A stretch of DNA of 64,000 bases, from the NCBI GenBank assembly GCA_013239625.1, contig MU054026.1, positions 992,001 to 1,056,000 of the forward strand. The letters run 5' to 3'. The notes under the pieces were generated by a model, which was not told the origin of the DNA, ran no database searches, and saw only the letters and a program-made list of their open reading frames with translations. Shown here in pieces: positions 51,555 through 64,000 of the stretch. Source of the DNA: Lama guanicoe. Taxonomy: Eukaryota. The position numbers were made by a program, and so were the translations under genes. How positions within the stretch are numbered: position 1 is the first letter of the stretch; the number at the start of each line of letters is the position of its first letter.

Positions 51555-54520
51555 TTCTTGTGTTGTACAATAGATTCCTGTAGCCAATATACTTTATACA
51601 TAGTAGTTTGTATCTCTCTATCCCATACTGCTATCCAACCTCTCCCTCTGCCCTCTTCCCCATGGCTAACCACCAGTCTGTTCACTGTACTAATGAATCT
51701 GTTTCTGGTTTGCTATATTCACTTATCTGTTTTATATTTTAGGTTCCACATATAAATGATATCACAGTATTTGTCTTTGTCTGTCTGCTTTATTTCATTA
51801 AGCATAATACCCCCAGGTCCATCCATTTTGTTGCAACTGTGAACATTTCATTCTTTTTTATGGCTGAATAATAATCCATATGTATATGACATATATATCA
51901 CATCTTCTCTATCAGCTGATTGACAGGCTGCTTCCATATCTTGACTTGTTTTTGTTTGTTTGCTTGCTTGCTTGCTTGCTTGTTTGTTTGTTTAATCCAA
52001 TCATCCATCCAACGTCTTTTGATTGGAGCATTTAATCCATTAACATTTAAAGTGGTTATTGGTGTGTACTTATTGCCATTTTGGTACTTATTTTCTGGTT
52101 GTTTTGTACTTCTCTTCTTTTCCTTCTTCTTTTAGTTTCCTCCCTTGTGGTTTTGATGATTTTGGTGATATTCTTTGCTCCTTTCTCCCTACTTTTTCTG
52201 TATTTTTTGTAGGTTTTCTATTTGTGGTTTCCATGCAGTTCATACATGCTGACCTATAACTACATCTACTTGTTTTAAACTAGTAGCCATTAAAGTTCAA
52301 ACACATTCTAAAAGATTTATATTTTTTACTCCCCTTTCCCACATTTTGTGGTTTTGGTGTCATATTTTACATTGTCATGTTTATCCCTTCAATGATCATT
52401 GTAGTTATAGTTGATTTTACAATTTTGTGTCTTAATCTTTACACTAGTTTAATTGGTTGATCCTCAGTCTTTTCTACATTTTTGCCTTTTCAGTGGGATT
52501 TTTCCTTTCCTCTGAATACTTACTTCCTGTTTTAGCATTTTCTTTTTAACTATAGAAGATGGTTTAACATTTATTTTAAGTTAGGTTTAGTATTGATGGA
52601 CTTTTTTAGCTTTTTTTTTTTTTGGTCTGAGAAGTTTTTTTATCTTTCTATTTTAAATAATGATCTTGCTAAGCAGAGTATCCTAGTTTACAGAGTTTTC
52701 CCTTTCAGCACTTTAAATATATCACACACTCCTTCTAGTCTGCAAAGTTTCTACAGAGAAATCAGCTGATAGCCTTATGGGGGTTCCCTTGCATATGACT
52801 CTTTGTTTTACTCTTACTACCTTTAGAATTCTCAGTTTTTAACTTTTTTAAGTATACGTCTCAGTATGTGTCTGTTTAGATTCATCTTGCTTTGTACCTT
52901 CTGTCCTTTCTATATCCAGATATCAGCTTCCTTGTCCAGGTTTGGAAGTTTTCCAGCAAAATTTAATAAAATACATTTATGACATTGTTCGCTTTCTTCT
53001 CCTTCTGGAACCTTTATGATGTGAATGTTGGAATGCTTGATGCTGTTCCAGAGGTCCCTCAAATTGTGCTCTCATTCTAAACTTTGTTTTCCTTTTTATT
53101 GGCTCTGATTGTGTATTTCCATTAGTCTGTCTTCCAGATCACTTATGCATTCTTCCGTATCCCCTAGTCTCTTACTAATTCTTTCGTGTGTGTGTGTGTG
53201 TGTAATTTTGGCAACTGTAGTCTTTAGTTCTCACTGGTTCTGTTTTCTTTGTTGTTCTTTGTTAAAATTTTCACTGTGCTCATCTATTATTTCCCCTAAC
53301 TCAATTACCATTTATTTTTACTACTAATGCTTTAAACTTTATCTGGTAAATTAGTTCTGTTTTACAACTAGTCATTTTTTCAAGGGTTATCTCTTATTCT
53401 TTCAACTGAAATAAATTTCTCTGTCTTCTCGTTTATCTTTCTGTCTCTATGAAGTTAAGTGAAACAGTTATCTATTCTATCTTGAAGGGTTGTCCTTGTG
53501 TGGAAATGTCCCTGTACAGTCTGCACAAGTCCAGTGGCTTTGATGTGGGTGCTGGATCTGACGTGAGCATAAGTTACATCTTCCCTCAGGTTGTGCTGGC
53601 AGCTATCAATTTGGTAGGAAGTAGAACTGGAGATGGAGAGACTAGAGCCAGAGTCAGGCATAAGGTGAGGCTTTGCTTCTGCTCAATGGCCAATACCAAT
53701 CTTTTGGGGGATGGGATTGGATTCTGAGTTGCTGGAGTAGACGCCTTGAGGTTCATGTCCAAGTGGGCTTTATTCCCTCTAAGTGTCTGCTTTTTACCCT
53801 CCCAGCACTGACACCCTCACCTCAGAGGGGAGACGTGGTGGAACAAGATGGGTGGGCTGGGCACTCAACATGGGTTATCACGTACATGCAGCTCTGCCAC
53901 AGTCAGCGTCCCACATGCACCTGATGTTCTACCCTTTTACGTGTCAGTAATAGTTGTCCCTGTACCATTCAGATGCTATTTCAGCCCAAGCTGGCTCCAT
54001 CCCTCACAACTGAGAGCTCCCTTCAGTTGTGGCAACACTTGCCCTAGTATAGAGCTGCGTCCTGCAGCAGCTTGGCTGAGACTGAGGTGCACACCAGGGA
54101 AGTTGTAGGAAACTGGTAAGAGTCCCATGCAGTTTAAAATCTGGTTTTTTTTTCTACCTCGTTTCAGGGGTAAGCAAGTGTAAGTATGCTCTTTGTGAGT
54201 GGATTCTGGATTTATTACTCCTGCTAGTTCCACTGTTTTTCAAACCAGCTAAGGGATCTCATCTTCTTGGTGTCAGATCTCAGGTCTAGGGCACTGAATA
54301 ATGTGGCTCAAACTGCTCACTCCCCAGGGAGGAGCTCTACCTGTGTGATTCTTCCTCTTTTTCTGTGTCTCCTTCCCGGAGTTCAAGTCTAAATCTGATG
54401 GCTTCTCTTCCTTCCTCACCAATTCCATGTAGATATTTCCTACAACCCGGGTTGTACAAGAGTCTTTCTGTGAAAATTGCTTCATATGTAGATTTTTAAA
54501 GTGTTTATGGTGGGAGGTAA
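51555..54520 (-). mobile_element. old LINE-1: 3' end (51555-51945) adjoining inter-ORF/ORF1/5'UTR remnant (51990-54520)
   Basis: Antisense 3'UTR, a (TTGC)n repeat, then T-rich antisense ORF1 motifs (GAGAAATCAGCTGATAGCCTTATGGGGGTTCC) and a more GC-rich 5'UTR. Confidence 0.8.
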
Positions 54521-56309
54521 AGAATTCTTGTTTTGATTTGATAATGGACAGAAAGTCTTTCATCACTGTGCACTCACTCACAGTCCTCATGAGTACTTGT
54601 TTTAAAATACAAAATTCTAGGTCCTATCCCAGATAGACTGAATCAGGTTGGGTAGTAGAGACCTAAGTCTGCTTTTACACATAAAACAAAAATCCTTCAC
54701 AAAGGTTTTGGGACTAAAGGAAGTTTCTGGACCCCTAAGTTAAACCATGTGTAGTCCTTGGGGGTATCTATCAGGTCATTGTAGATTCAATAATTATGTG
54801 AAGCATCAGTCCCAGGTTGGCTATAGCATAGACAGTGTGAGAACAATTAAAATTTTCTCTCAGTGAAGTTTAAAAAATTGAAACTCCCTTAATCCAAATT
54901 GACATAGTTAACAGTTTTTCTACCATTAAATATGCTAATATTTCACCATTCATGATTCTCCTGATGTATTTAGAAATGAAAAGAACATTCTACCTCTATG
55001 CCTCTAGGCCTTTCCTAGTTTCTGTAGTTCAGCTCAAGAAAAATTCTCTGGATGAGAATAACAAAGAATTTAGCTGGACCTCTTACAGAGCCGTAAAGCA
55101 AGGATCTTCCAAGCTAAATATGAAGGCCAAACAATTTCCCTTGGAAATTCCAGGAAATGAACTGTTCAATTCTGACTCTATAATAACTCCTAGGATGTTC
55201 ATTAGAACCTTCCCTACTTCTCCAACCCTGCTTTCACTATTGCTTTGTGAGTTAATTTCCCAAAGCATAAACTTGGAATATAGCTATGAAATAGCCCAAC
55301 CCTAATCTCAGATCATGTTATTAAATCACGTTCAAAGATCCAAGAAAGGGTGTGTATTTCAAGAATAAATCTCAGTAAGTTAGAGGAAAGCGTAAATAAG
55401 TAATTGATATCTATGAATTGAGAGACTGAAGGCAAACCAATTGAATCCATAGAAATGAAACAGTGATAAAATATCGTAAAACATTGATCTAGGGAACTAG
55501 CAACTCTGTCTACAAATTGGATAAAAAGCCTGTTTAAAGAAATGGAGAAAAACTATATGAAGTGGACACTGTTAAACAAAATCAATCAACACTTTCAATA
55601 ACTTTCTGGCCCAGAACACACTTAAGTGATACTATTTTTATCAATCACTTATGCCTGCCTGCTGGCATGCCTGTCTGGATTTTACTTGAAAAGCCTAAAT
55701 TATCACAAAAGTAGCAGAACCTGATATCCCCACTTTAAATACCCATACTGCTAGTGAAATTTTCAATTTCAACTTTTTTCACATCATGCCCCTGAATCAT
55801 TGGGAAAAAAGAGTTTTATAAATTACAAATCCACATGAAACCCATGTGTACAACAGTCATTTAAATATTCACCCCTTTCTACTGTTGGTATCATTAACAG
55901 AGTAACTGGCATTTCCTCTGCACTCTCTGTACTTGGCTACATTCTGAACAGAAGCCACTGTTCTTTCACAGGACGTGGCCAGTCTGGGTCCTGTCTGAGC
56001 ACAGGTGAAGCACAAGAAATTAAAAGTCCTTCTGTAGTTAGCGTGCATCCTTCAAAGAGAGTCACTTATATTGAAATTCTTTTACTTTTGATGAAGAAAT
56101 TCCGTGCTATTAATACCATATAACTCAATCTGCATTTTGTTTATGCATTGTTAAAAAAAAATGATCTTTTTCACCGAGCCTGAGTCCACATGACTTCTCA
56201 TTCCTGTCCAGCTAGAAATTTGAGTGACTTTGACCTATAGGTTCAATACTTCCCAGTCCTAAATCCTAAGCCTTATGAAAGCAGGTTTTTTTTTCCTTGA
56301 ACATCTTAT

Positions 56310-56500
56310 TCTTTTTTATTATTCAATTATAATTGATTTAAAATACTATGTTAATTTCTGTTGTACAGCACAGTGATTCATATATACATATATATTCCTT
56401 TCATACTGTTTTCTATTATAGGCTATTACAAGGTATTGAATGTAATTCCCTGTGCTTTACAGTAGGACCTTGTTGTTTATCTATTCTATATACAGCAGGT
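56310..56500 (-). mobile_element. LINE-1 3' end fragment
   Basis: TGTTAATTTCTGTTGTACAGCACAGTGATTCA...TTCCCTGTGCTTTACAGTAGGACCTTGTTG. Confidence 0.85.
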
Positions 56501-57277
56501 AGCATCTATATTTTTCAGGAGCGCCCGTTCACACTGGCAACTGAGAACTGCCCAATGCTCAGCTCACCATGTAAGCTATGTGCCACAGTCTTTGCCTATG
56601 TATGGAAATGTTTGCCAGAATGCTTCCCTCACTTGCTAGGTGGACTGTCAGCGGCTCCTCTGGAACCTGAGTACTACTGTGAACTTCAGTCTGATTGTCC
56701 CAGACTCTGTGACTCATTCTTATCAGTTCCCAATCCCAAGAAGTTGGACTCTGGACTTCATGTCCAGGGCTGGTTATAACCCACTTACTAACTGAACAGA
56801 CAACCTGAGTCATGAGCATTTTTATCTAATTTTCCTGATGACCCCTCACTTTGGAACACAGCGTAACAATGCTTATCTTAACCCAATGCAAACCTTAAGG
56901 ATTGATTGCACATACTGCCATCCCTATGTCTCTCTAGGCATGGTTTTCTGGGTCTCAGTCTATTCTTCTTCTTCAAAGACCTGTTATTGACGCCTCTTTG
57001 CACCACAGATCCAAGGATACCTGTTACTGTGGTTACCCGCATGCACAGATTGAGTTTAACTCTTTGACAGAACGTTTCCCTGTGGCTTTCACATGGTAAA
57101 AGATGGCACACCAGATAAATAGGCAGGTGGAAAGGTATAAAATTTCACATAGGAGATTCTTCTCAAATTTGTGATGCATTCTAGATATCACCCACTCATT
57201 AATTTAAGAACATACTCCTAGACACCTTTGCAGTATAAATAGCAAAATAATTCAGTACTCTATTTTGCAGCATGGGA

Positions 57278-57737
57278 TTTTGTTTTAAATTGAAGTTTAG
57301 TTGGTTTACAATATTGTATTAGTTTCAGGTGTACAGCAAAGTGATTCAGTATTTTTGCAAGTTATATTCTATTATAGCTTATTACATGATATCGGGCATG
57401 CAGTAAATCCTTTTTGCTTATTTGTTTTGTGTATAGTAGCTTGTGTCTGTTAATCCTAAACTCCTAATTTGCCCTTCCTGCTGCCCTCTTCCCTTTAGTA
57501 ACCATGTTTGTTTTCTATATCTGTGAGTCTGTGAGTTTCTCTTTTGTATATACATTTGTTTGTATTATGTTTTAGATTCCATATATATGACATATCATAT
57601 AATATTTGTCTTTTTTGTATGACTTATTTTTTCACTAAGCCTCATATTCTTTAGGTCCATCCAAGTAGCTGCAAATGGCAATATATCATTTCCCTTTTTT
57701 GGCTCAGTAATATTCCACTGTATGTATATACACCACA
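57278..57737 (-). mobile_element. LINE-1 3' end fragment
   Basis: TTAGTTTCAGGTGTACAGC...TTAGATTCCATAT...GCTGCAAATGGC. Confidence 0.88.
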
Positions 57738-58904
57738 TAAAGAAAAAAGATGTTAATATGCAAAGAAGAGATTACGGTTTTGAAACAGTTGATATGAGAA
57801 GCTGGTGGGTAATTTCTTTTCATCCCTACCTTTTAAAAGCATGTGAGTTACCAATGTATACTTTAAAATAATAAATATTTTTAGTTATCAATCTTTGCTC
57901 AAGAAATATTTAATAATTAAAAAGGAATGAGTATACATCAATCCCAAGACATCCAATAATGTTGCCTTATGTTTGTGAAACAAACAAAAATACACCCATT
58001 CACAATGGTCTGTGGGCAGAGTCAATGCTGGGCAAAACTGTGATGCGAGAAAGGATCATATGCTGCTTCTTCCCAGTCCTCAAACTCTCCATCAGACTAT
58101 CCTTGCTCTGATCTCTCTCCTGTCTGTCCCATTCCAAAATCAAGCAGCTAAACCCCCATTATTCGTATGAGAGTGGCATCCTTCTTTCCCATGTTCCATG
58201 TCACATTCCGTTGAGAGCTGGTCTGCAGTGCCATTCAAGATAACAATTGTTTCAATATTTGTTTTGTGCTGGTGAAAAAAAATGAACAACGAAGACATGG
58301 TCTTCTGCAAGGGCCCTTCTCTCTTTTCAGATAATTATTGATAGAGCTTTGTAGCAAGCTTTGGAAGATATGTATAAACATTTTATGCTAAATATTCACC
58401 CACAGTTTTATTTAGCTTAGCTGAAAAATAAATTGATCCATATATTTAAAGGGTTTATTTTCTTTTGGTTTTAATCGTCTTGAGACAAGTCAGCAAGTCC
58501 TGATTGTAGAGTCATGTTTCTGATATTCACGTTATACTTATTTTGTTTTATTTTGCTTGATTGCACCTAGTTCTAGGTCATCTAAGGGCACTTACTCATT
58601 GAATCTCCTGCCTTAAGTTTAACACCTTTACATTTTAAAATAGTTTTTTTAAATCTCTGTTTTATTTTGTCAAAATTGAGCTATCATTGATTCAACTTGC
58701 AATATTCTTTATGCCGCTCATCAGATTGTTTTTGTTTTTTTTTTTTACCTTAATTGGGAAGGATGATTCTTTATGACCTCCCACTGGTTTGCTTTTGCGT
58801 TTTTAGAACTGCCAGTTCTGCTAATATGAGAACAGTAATTAAGTGTGGCTCCTGAAAACAGAGTTTGTAGGGATTCTGAAAAATTCATATGTCTTCTGAT
58901 AATC

Positions 58905-59335
58905 ATTTGCAAGTGAGTGTGCATTACAGGCATCTGAGCAAGACACAGTTTGCTGAGCCCTAACCCTAGATTTCTGTTTCAGTAAGCCTCGAGTTGATCT
59001 AAAATTTGTACTTCTAACAAGTCTCCAGCAGATGCAGCTGGTAAGGGGACATCATATTGAGAACCACAGTCCTATAGGATTCAGTCTCACTGTATTCTAA
59101 GTGTAAGCCCTTAGTCCAACAGGCTATCAAATTGATATCCTTAAAAGGAAGTGATTTTTTTAAAGTGCTATTTTTGCCCCCATGGTGCTCAGCAATGGAT
59201 GCACATTAGAATCATCTGGAAAGTTCATGAATCTCTGGAACACCACGTCAATTAAATCAGAATTTCTGGGGTTAGAATGCAGGCTTAGTGGTTTCCACAG
59301 GTGATTCCAATGTGGAGCCAGTGTTGAGCATCACC
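58905..59335. mobile_element. two MER5A-like hAT MITE remnants (~58905-59070, ~59182-59335)
   Basis: TTCTAACAAGTCTCCAG...TTGAGAACCAC and GCACATTAGAATCATCTGG...GGTGATTCCAATGTG. Confidence 0.65.
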
Positions 59336-59632
59336 ACCTCATGTTAAAGGATCTCTTTTTCACAAGTCAAAACCAGTAAGTTTGCAAGTCGAGAGGCAAG
59401 AGTTTGTCTTATCAACTTACACGACACAATTTTCCAACCTACAAAATGGACACAAACATATTTGTCCACACATTCTTTTAAAACTACCATCTCTTCCACT
59501 GCCCAATCAGGCACATTAAGAAAAGTGGTTTAAATAAACTGTTCATTCACTTGTGTATGTTTGTATTTTCTTTCTCAGTGGGAACTGTCATAATTGTCCC
59601 TTTATTTCTATGTTCACATTTAATAATATGTT

Positions 59633-59837
59633 TTTTTTACATTTTTATTGATTCATAATCATTTTACAGGGATGTGTCAAATTCCAGTGTTCAGCACAAT
59701 TTTTCAGTCATTCATGGACATATGCACACTCATTGTCACATTTTTTTTCTCTGTGAGTTATCATAACATTTTGTGTATGTTTCCCTGTGCTATACAGTGT
59801 AATCTTGTTTATCTATTCTACAATTTTGAAATCCCAG
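59633..59837 (-). mobile_element. LINE-1 3' end fragment
   Basis: Homologous to 5196-5420. TSD AATATGTT (59625-59632, 59838-59845). Confidence 0.9.
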
Positions 59838-60593
59838 AATATGTTAATAATGACAGCTAACATAATGCAAACTCTTCCTAGGAAAAACAAGGGACTAGGC
59901 TATTCTTTGAAAATCCAATTTTTTTGTTGTTGTTTCCAACTTGATTTAGTAGTTTTTTTTTTATATTTTTGCCTCCTTTTTCAGTTTTATTAGGTAGAAT
60001 TATTACAGCCTGACTGCACACACACATTATATTGCATGTAAATACATATATACAATATACTGCAAATTTTTTACTTTACATATACGTACTAATTATTGTT
60101 TCTAAGAGCAGATTATATCTTTAGCTTTTTTTTTGATCTTTAGCTTTTTAAACTTACATAGTTATCAAAGGAATAAAACCAACTATAAGATAAGAAGCAA
60201 CAGGATGTGGTAATCCAATCATAAAGGACAGTCAAATGTGCTTACATATATTCAAGAAATCAAAATAATAATTAGTTCATTTGAAAACCCAATTTTAAAG
60301 AAACTGACAAAACTCAGGCTGATCTAAAGATACTCCACATTTTTTTCTCAAGGTCTATTAAGTGGAAGACAACACAAATCTTACTTTTAATTTCACACAT
60401 TATTTCATTTTAAAAGCTATTAAATTAGTGCTCATTATTTGCTAGGCAGCAGTGCAGTGTGGATGTGCTTAACTTCCCTGTAACAAACCAAAAAAAATTG
60501 TTAAATAATGTTCAACTGCAAGCAGTTGTAATCTATACAGATTCATGAGGAAATAGCTCCATCTTTGCTAACATCTAAACCAAAGCACTTGTA

Positions 60594-60701
60594 ACAATGA
60601 ATTTATGTATGTTCAAGTAAAACTGAAAAATCGTGCTCTGCACTGGAAATTGACACAACATTGTACCCTGACTATAACTCAACAAAAAATGTCTTTAAAA
60701 A
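60594..60701 (+). mobile_element. very short LINE-1 3' terminus
   Basis: GGAAATTGACACAACATTGTA...GACTATAACTCAA plus A tail. TSD AAAGCACTTGTA/AAAGTATTTGTA. Confidence 0.85.
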
Positions 60702-61557
60702 AAAGTATTTGTACAGCAAAGGCTCACCTTCAATTGAAGACGAACATGTACCAGGATACTACAATTTAATTTATTAGTGGTGGCATACAATTAGAAATTG
60801 GAATATGATAGAATCATTGTAGAGTCAGGAATTTTAGTGGCCATCTTTTTTTTTGCATTCTTTCTCTTAATTTAGTATGCTCATTATAAAATATCTTTGA
60901 CAGTTCTGGCTTGAACACTGAGAGACGGGGCTCTCACTTCTTTGCTAGGAAGCCCATTACGTTGCTGAAAGCTCTAAATGATGAGTTCTTCCCCAGATGG
61001 AACCACAAATGTATTTTTGTGCAAATTTTTTCCTTTGATTTAAATCTGAGCATAATTTTTGGAATAAATTTACTTTCTTCCACATCATAATTTTTCAGTT
61101 CTGGTTTCTCAGATAATCACTCAGGGACTATTTGTCTCAATACTTTACTGAGTATTAGAAAAATACAATTTTTCTTTGGATGGTTTTGCCTTTGCTATTT
61201 TGTTCACATTTATACACAAATACTGATCATCAGAATTCTTCTTAATGATAAGATCAACTGAGACTTACCTAGCTAATATCCTGAGGATGTTCAACCTTCT
61301 ATAAATTTCTTCCCTAGGATTTGATTTTGTTACTTAATAATTATGAAATAACATTCTAAAAAGTATCAAACTCTTTAGAAACAAGAGCTTTTCTTTAAAC
61401 TATCATTAATGAAGATGCTGCACATGAGAAAACTTTGGGGAAGTCAACCTCAGTGTATTCAGTGTAAGTCCACACGAAGCTGGGTAATGTAGCAGCTCTG
61501 CTGAGGTGATTTAAAGCAAAAAACTTGCCGATAGAAGCAATAAGGATAAAAGTTTTG

Positions 61558-61785
61558 GGGGGGTGGGAAGGGATAAACTGGGAGTTCGAGATCTGCAGAT
61601 AATGTCTGGTATATACAAAATACACAAACAAGTTTATACTGTACAGCACAGAGAAATGTATTCAATGTCTTGTAGTAGCTCATGATGAAAATGAATAAAT
61701 GTATATTCATTTTTGACTGATCAATTGTGCTATACACCAGAAACTGACACAACATTGTAAACCGAATATAACTCAATTTAAAAAA
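61558..61785 (+). mobile_element. LINE-1 3' end fragment
   Basis: Perfect 16-bp TSD AAGGATAAAAGTTTTG (61542-61557, 61786-61801). Confidence 0.93.
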
Positions 61786-63129
61786 AAGGATAAAAGTTTT
61801 GCCTTAAATCCTGGGAACTTTACTTTTAGCTACTTAGCCAATATACCATTTACTAGACTTACAGTACACAAACAACTTTCCAACTCCTTAAAGACTTAAT
61901 TTTCTAAAAAAAGATGAAATACTCCATTCTTGGGGAATGTTCTCATCAATAAAAACAAGTTTATTGTTATCATTATCACTGTTATTATGTGTACTGCCAA
62001 ACTATTAATCAGTCGTTATGGTCCATGTTCTAATTGTAATGACCTATTTCACACAATGAGTCACTCTTACAGGAACTAACCATCTCATGATGGGAGATAA
62101 TTATTCAGCTCACGTTTGTAAAACACTTGTAAGACTGTCTTCTGTAACTGTTCCAGCCAAAATTATCACTTAACCTCTTATAATGCTATTACATTCCTAC
62201 TGTTATTGCATATATTATAATGCTATTAAATTATTGATAAGCAATAACACATTTTAGCAGCTATATTCCTCTAATATTTGTCTGAACTGATATTCCATGT
62301 GGAAAGCTATATTTGAACAACATTTTAAACTCTTTGTAGAGGTCATAGATATATGATGTGATGATAGATAGATAACGTATGTTTCAACAATGACTTGCTG
62401 ATTAATAAATTAGACACATTTTGCGTTTCAAGATGCCAAGATAGAACAGGATCAGCGCATCACCTCATTTATTCCAAATAAAATAACACCAGGTGTTATT
62501 TATGCCTTTAGATCTGAGTGTCATGGATATGTATGACCCGGAGGAAACTTATAAACAGAAATATAATAAAGCACATAAAGTCTCCAAATCCATTGTTCGA
62601 CAGCCTAGGACAGCTAGGTGTAAACGTTCTCTTAGCATCAAGGTCAAAGCTGTGCAGCAGGGCAGGAAGGGCTTGACTCAGCCGGCAGGAAGAAGAGCTT
62701 GCAAGTGAAAACACTGCAGACAGACAGTAAGCTACATCACTTCATATGTTTTTTAAAAAAAAGATAGGTATAGATATATCTATATACATAAATCAGCCTA
62801 AAACCGAAGCAACTCTGAATTGAGAGCAATTTCAAACGATCTGTGGGCCCAGGAGCCATGGTAGGGAGTATATGCTAGGGCCCTGGGAACAATCCTCTTC
62901 TTTCAGAAATATGGGTATTAGCCAATGGCCTTGCTCCACAGACTCAGTCCAGGGAACTAGCTCTTTGCTGTGCTGCCACATGAGGGAAGGAAATGAGCAT
63001 CCAAGGCCATCCCCCTTTGGTTTTCATTACAGTGCTATAAAAAATGACCCCTACGTAGCTGACTTTTTGATATTAAGTTTAAAAAAAAATCTAGGATTGG
63101 ATAGATTTTTTTCTTTCAATGTAACATTT

Positions 63130-63470
63130 TAAATTGCTTTAGTAGCAGATAACTTGGCTCTCAAAATGGTTTAAGACACTAAAGGGAATTGCTTGACTCA
63201 TACAGCTTAAAATACAGAGACAGGACTGGGTTCAGGTGTTCCAATGTCACCAAGACCCCAATTTCTCTCCTCCTTTTTCTTGGTCCATTCCGTTGGCCTT
63301 ATGTTCAAGGTCTACGTTGTGGTTATATACAAATTCAGATGCCCTCCACACCCATGATCACAAAATAATTGCCAGAGGAAGACAGCTTCTCTCCACAACA
63401 GTCGAACAGCAGTCTTAATCCTAGAACTCAGTGATTGGATTTGAATCTTGTGTCCAATCCTAAATCAGTC
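63130..63470 (-). mobile_element. MaLR MLT1 LTR remnant
   Basis: AAATGGTTTAAGACACTAAAGGGAATTGCTTGACTCA...GGTTCAGGTGTTCCAATGTCACC. Confidence 0.5.
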
Positions 63471-63669
63471 ACGGTCCTCCAGAGGAGCCCAGACTTTCTC
63501 TGTTCACGTCACCCTCAGGTCTCAGCAGTTTTTTCATGGTTCCCGAGGCCAAATGAAGTACAAACACTTCTCTTTTTTAAGTAATCGGGTCCAGACTACT
63601 CAATAAGTATTTACATGTTAACAGCACAGTAGCTGTTAGAAAATGCAATGCACATAAGTTTAAAACTAC

Positions 63670-63714
<45 letters not shown>

Positions 63715-64000
63715 GTACAGTCAGTTTACAATGTGGCATCAGTTTCTGGTGCACAGCACAACGATTCAGTTATACATGAACATACATATATTCATTTTTA
63801 TATTCTTTTTCACCATAAGTTACTACAAGATATTGAATATAGTTCCCTGTGCTATACAGTATGAACTTGTTGTTTATTTTGTATATATTAGTTAGTATCT
63901 GTAAATCTTGAACTCCCAATTTACCCTGTCCCACCCTCTTCCCCCTTGGTAGCCATCAGTTTATTTTCTATGTCTGTGAATCTGTTTCTGTTTTGTAAAT
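63670..64000 (-). mobile_element. LINE-1 3' end with (AT)n in its tail, runs off the window
   Basis: An (AT)n run at ~63677-63711, then the 3'UTR shared with other copies. Confidence 0.92.

Noticed and set aside
56348..56779. 143-aa Cys-rich ORF or exon after TTTTTCAG
   Set aside because: The first third is antisense L1 3'UTR and the remainder resembles no protein I recognise.
58310..58400. Strong acceptor CTCTCTTTTCAG
   Set aside because: Stops follow immediately in all frames and no convincing donor is nearby.
62178..62228. 14-bp direct repeat TTATAATGCTATTA
   Set aside because: It is short and AT-rich, with no element between the copies, so it is uninformative.
1..64000. Protein-coding genes from the ORF track
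   Set aside because: All ORFs are 143 aa or shorter, compositionally biased or inside repeats. The only protein similarity I recognise is to decayed L1 ORF2p.

Overview
AT-rich, CpG-depleted eutherian (mammalian) genomic DNA, most likely from a camelid. The species call rests on a tRNA-Ala-derived vic-1-like SINE at ~41761-41920 and on repeated artiodactyl-type L1 3' ends; I recognised no CHR or Bov SINE. I find no credible protein-coding gene. The supplied ORFs are short chance ORFs or decayed LINE-1 ORF2 fragments. The window is intergenic or deep-intronic and dominated by transposable elements: about 18 LINE-1 pieces (many 5'-truncated with readable target-site duplications, TSDs), about 12 ERV1-type solo LTRs (four with perfect 4-bp TSDs), MaLR/ERVL remnants, hAT MITEs (MER20, MER5A, MER53-like), L2/MIR relics and microsatellites. 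The notable structures are two clear and one probable 5'-inverted (twin-primed) L1 insertions, several nested insertions, an exact 50-bp non-tandem duplication, a CpG-retaining unique region with + strand splice signals including a 15-nt microexon-like motif, and two recursive-splice-site-like motifs. I see no evidence for a new biological system. Repeat family names are from memory of consensus sequences, not from a database search, and boundaries without TSDs are approximate.
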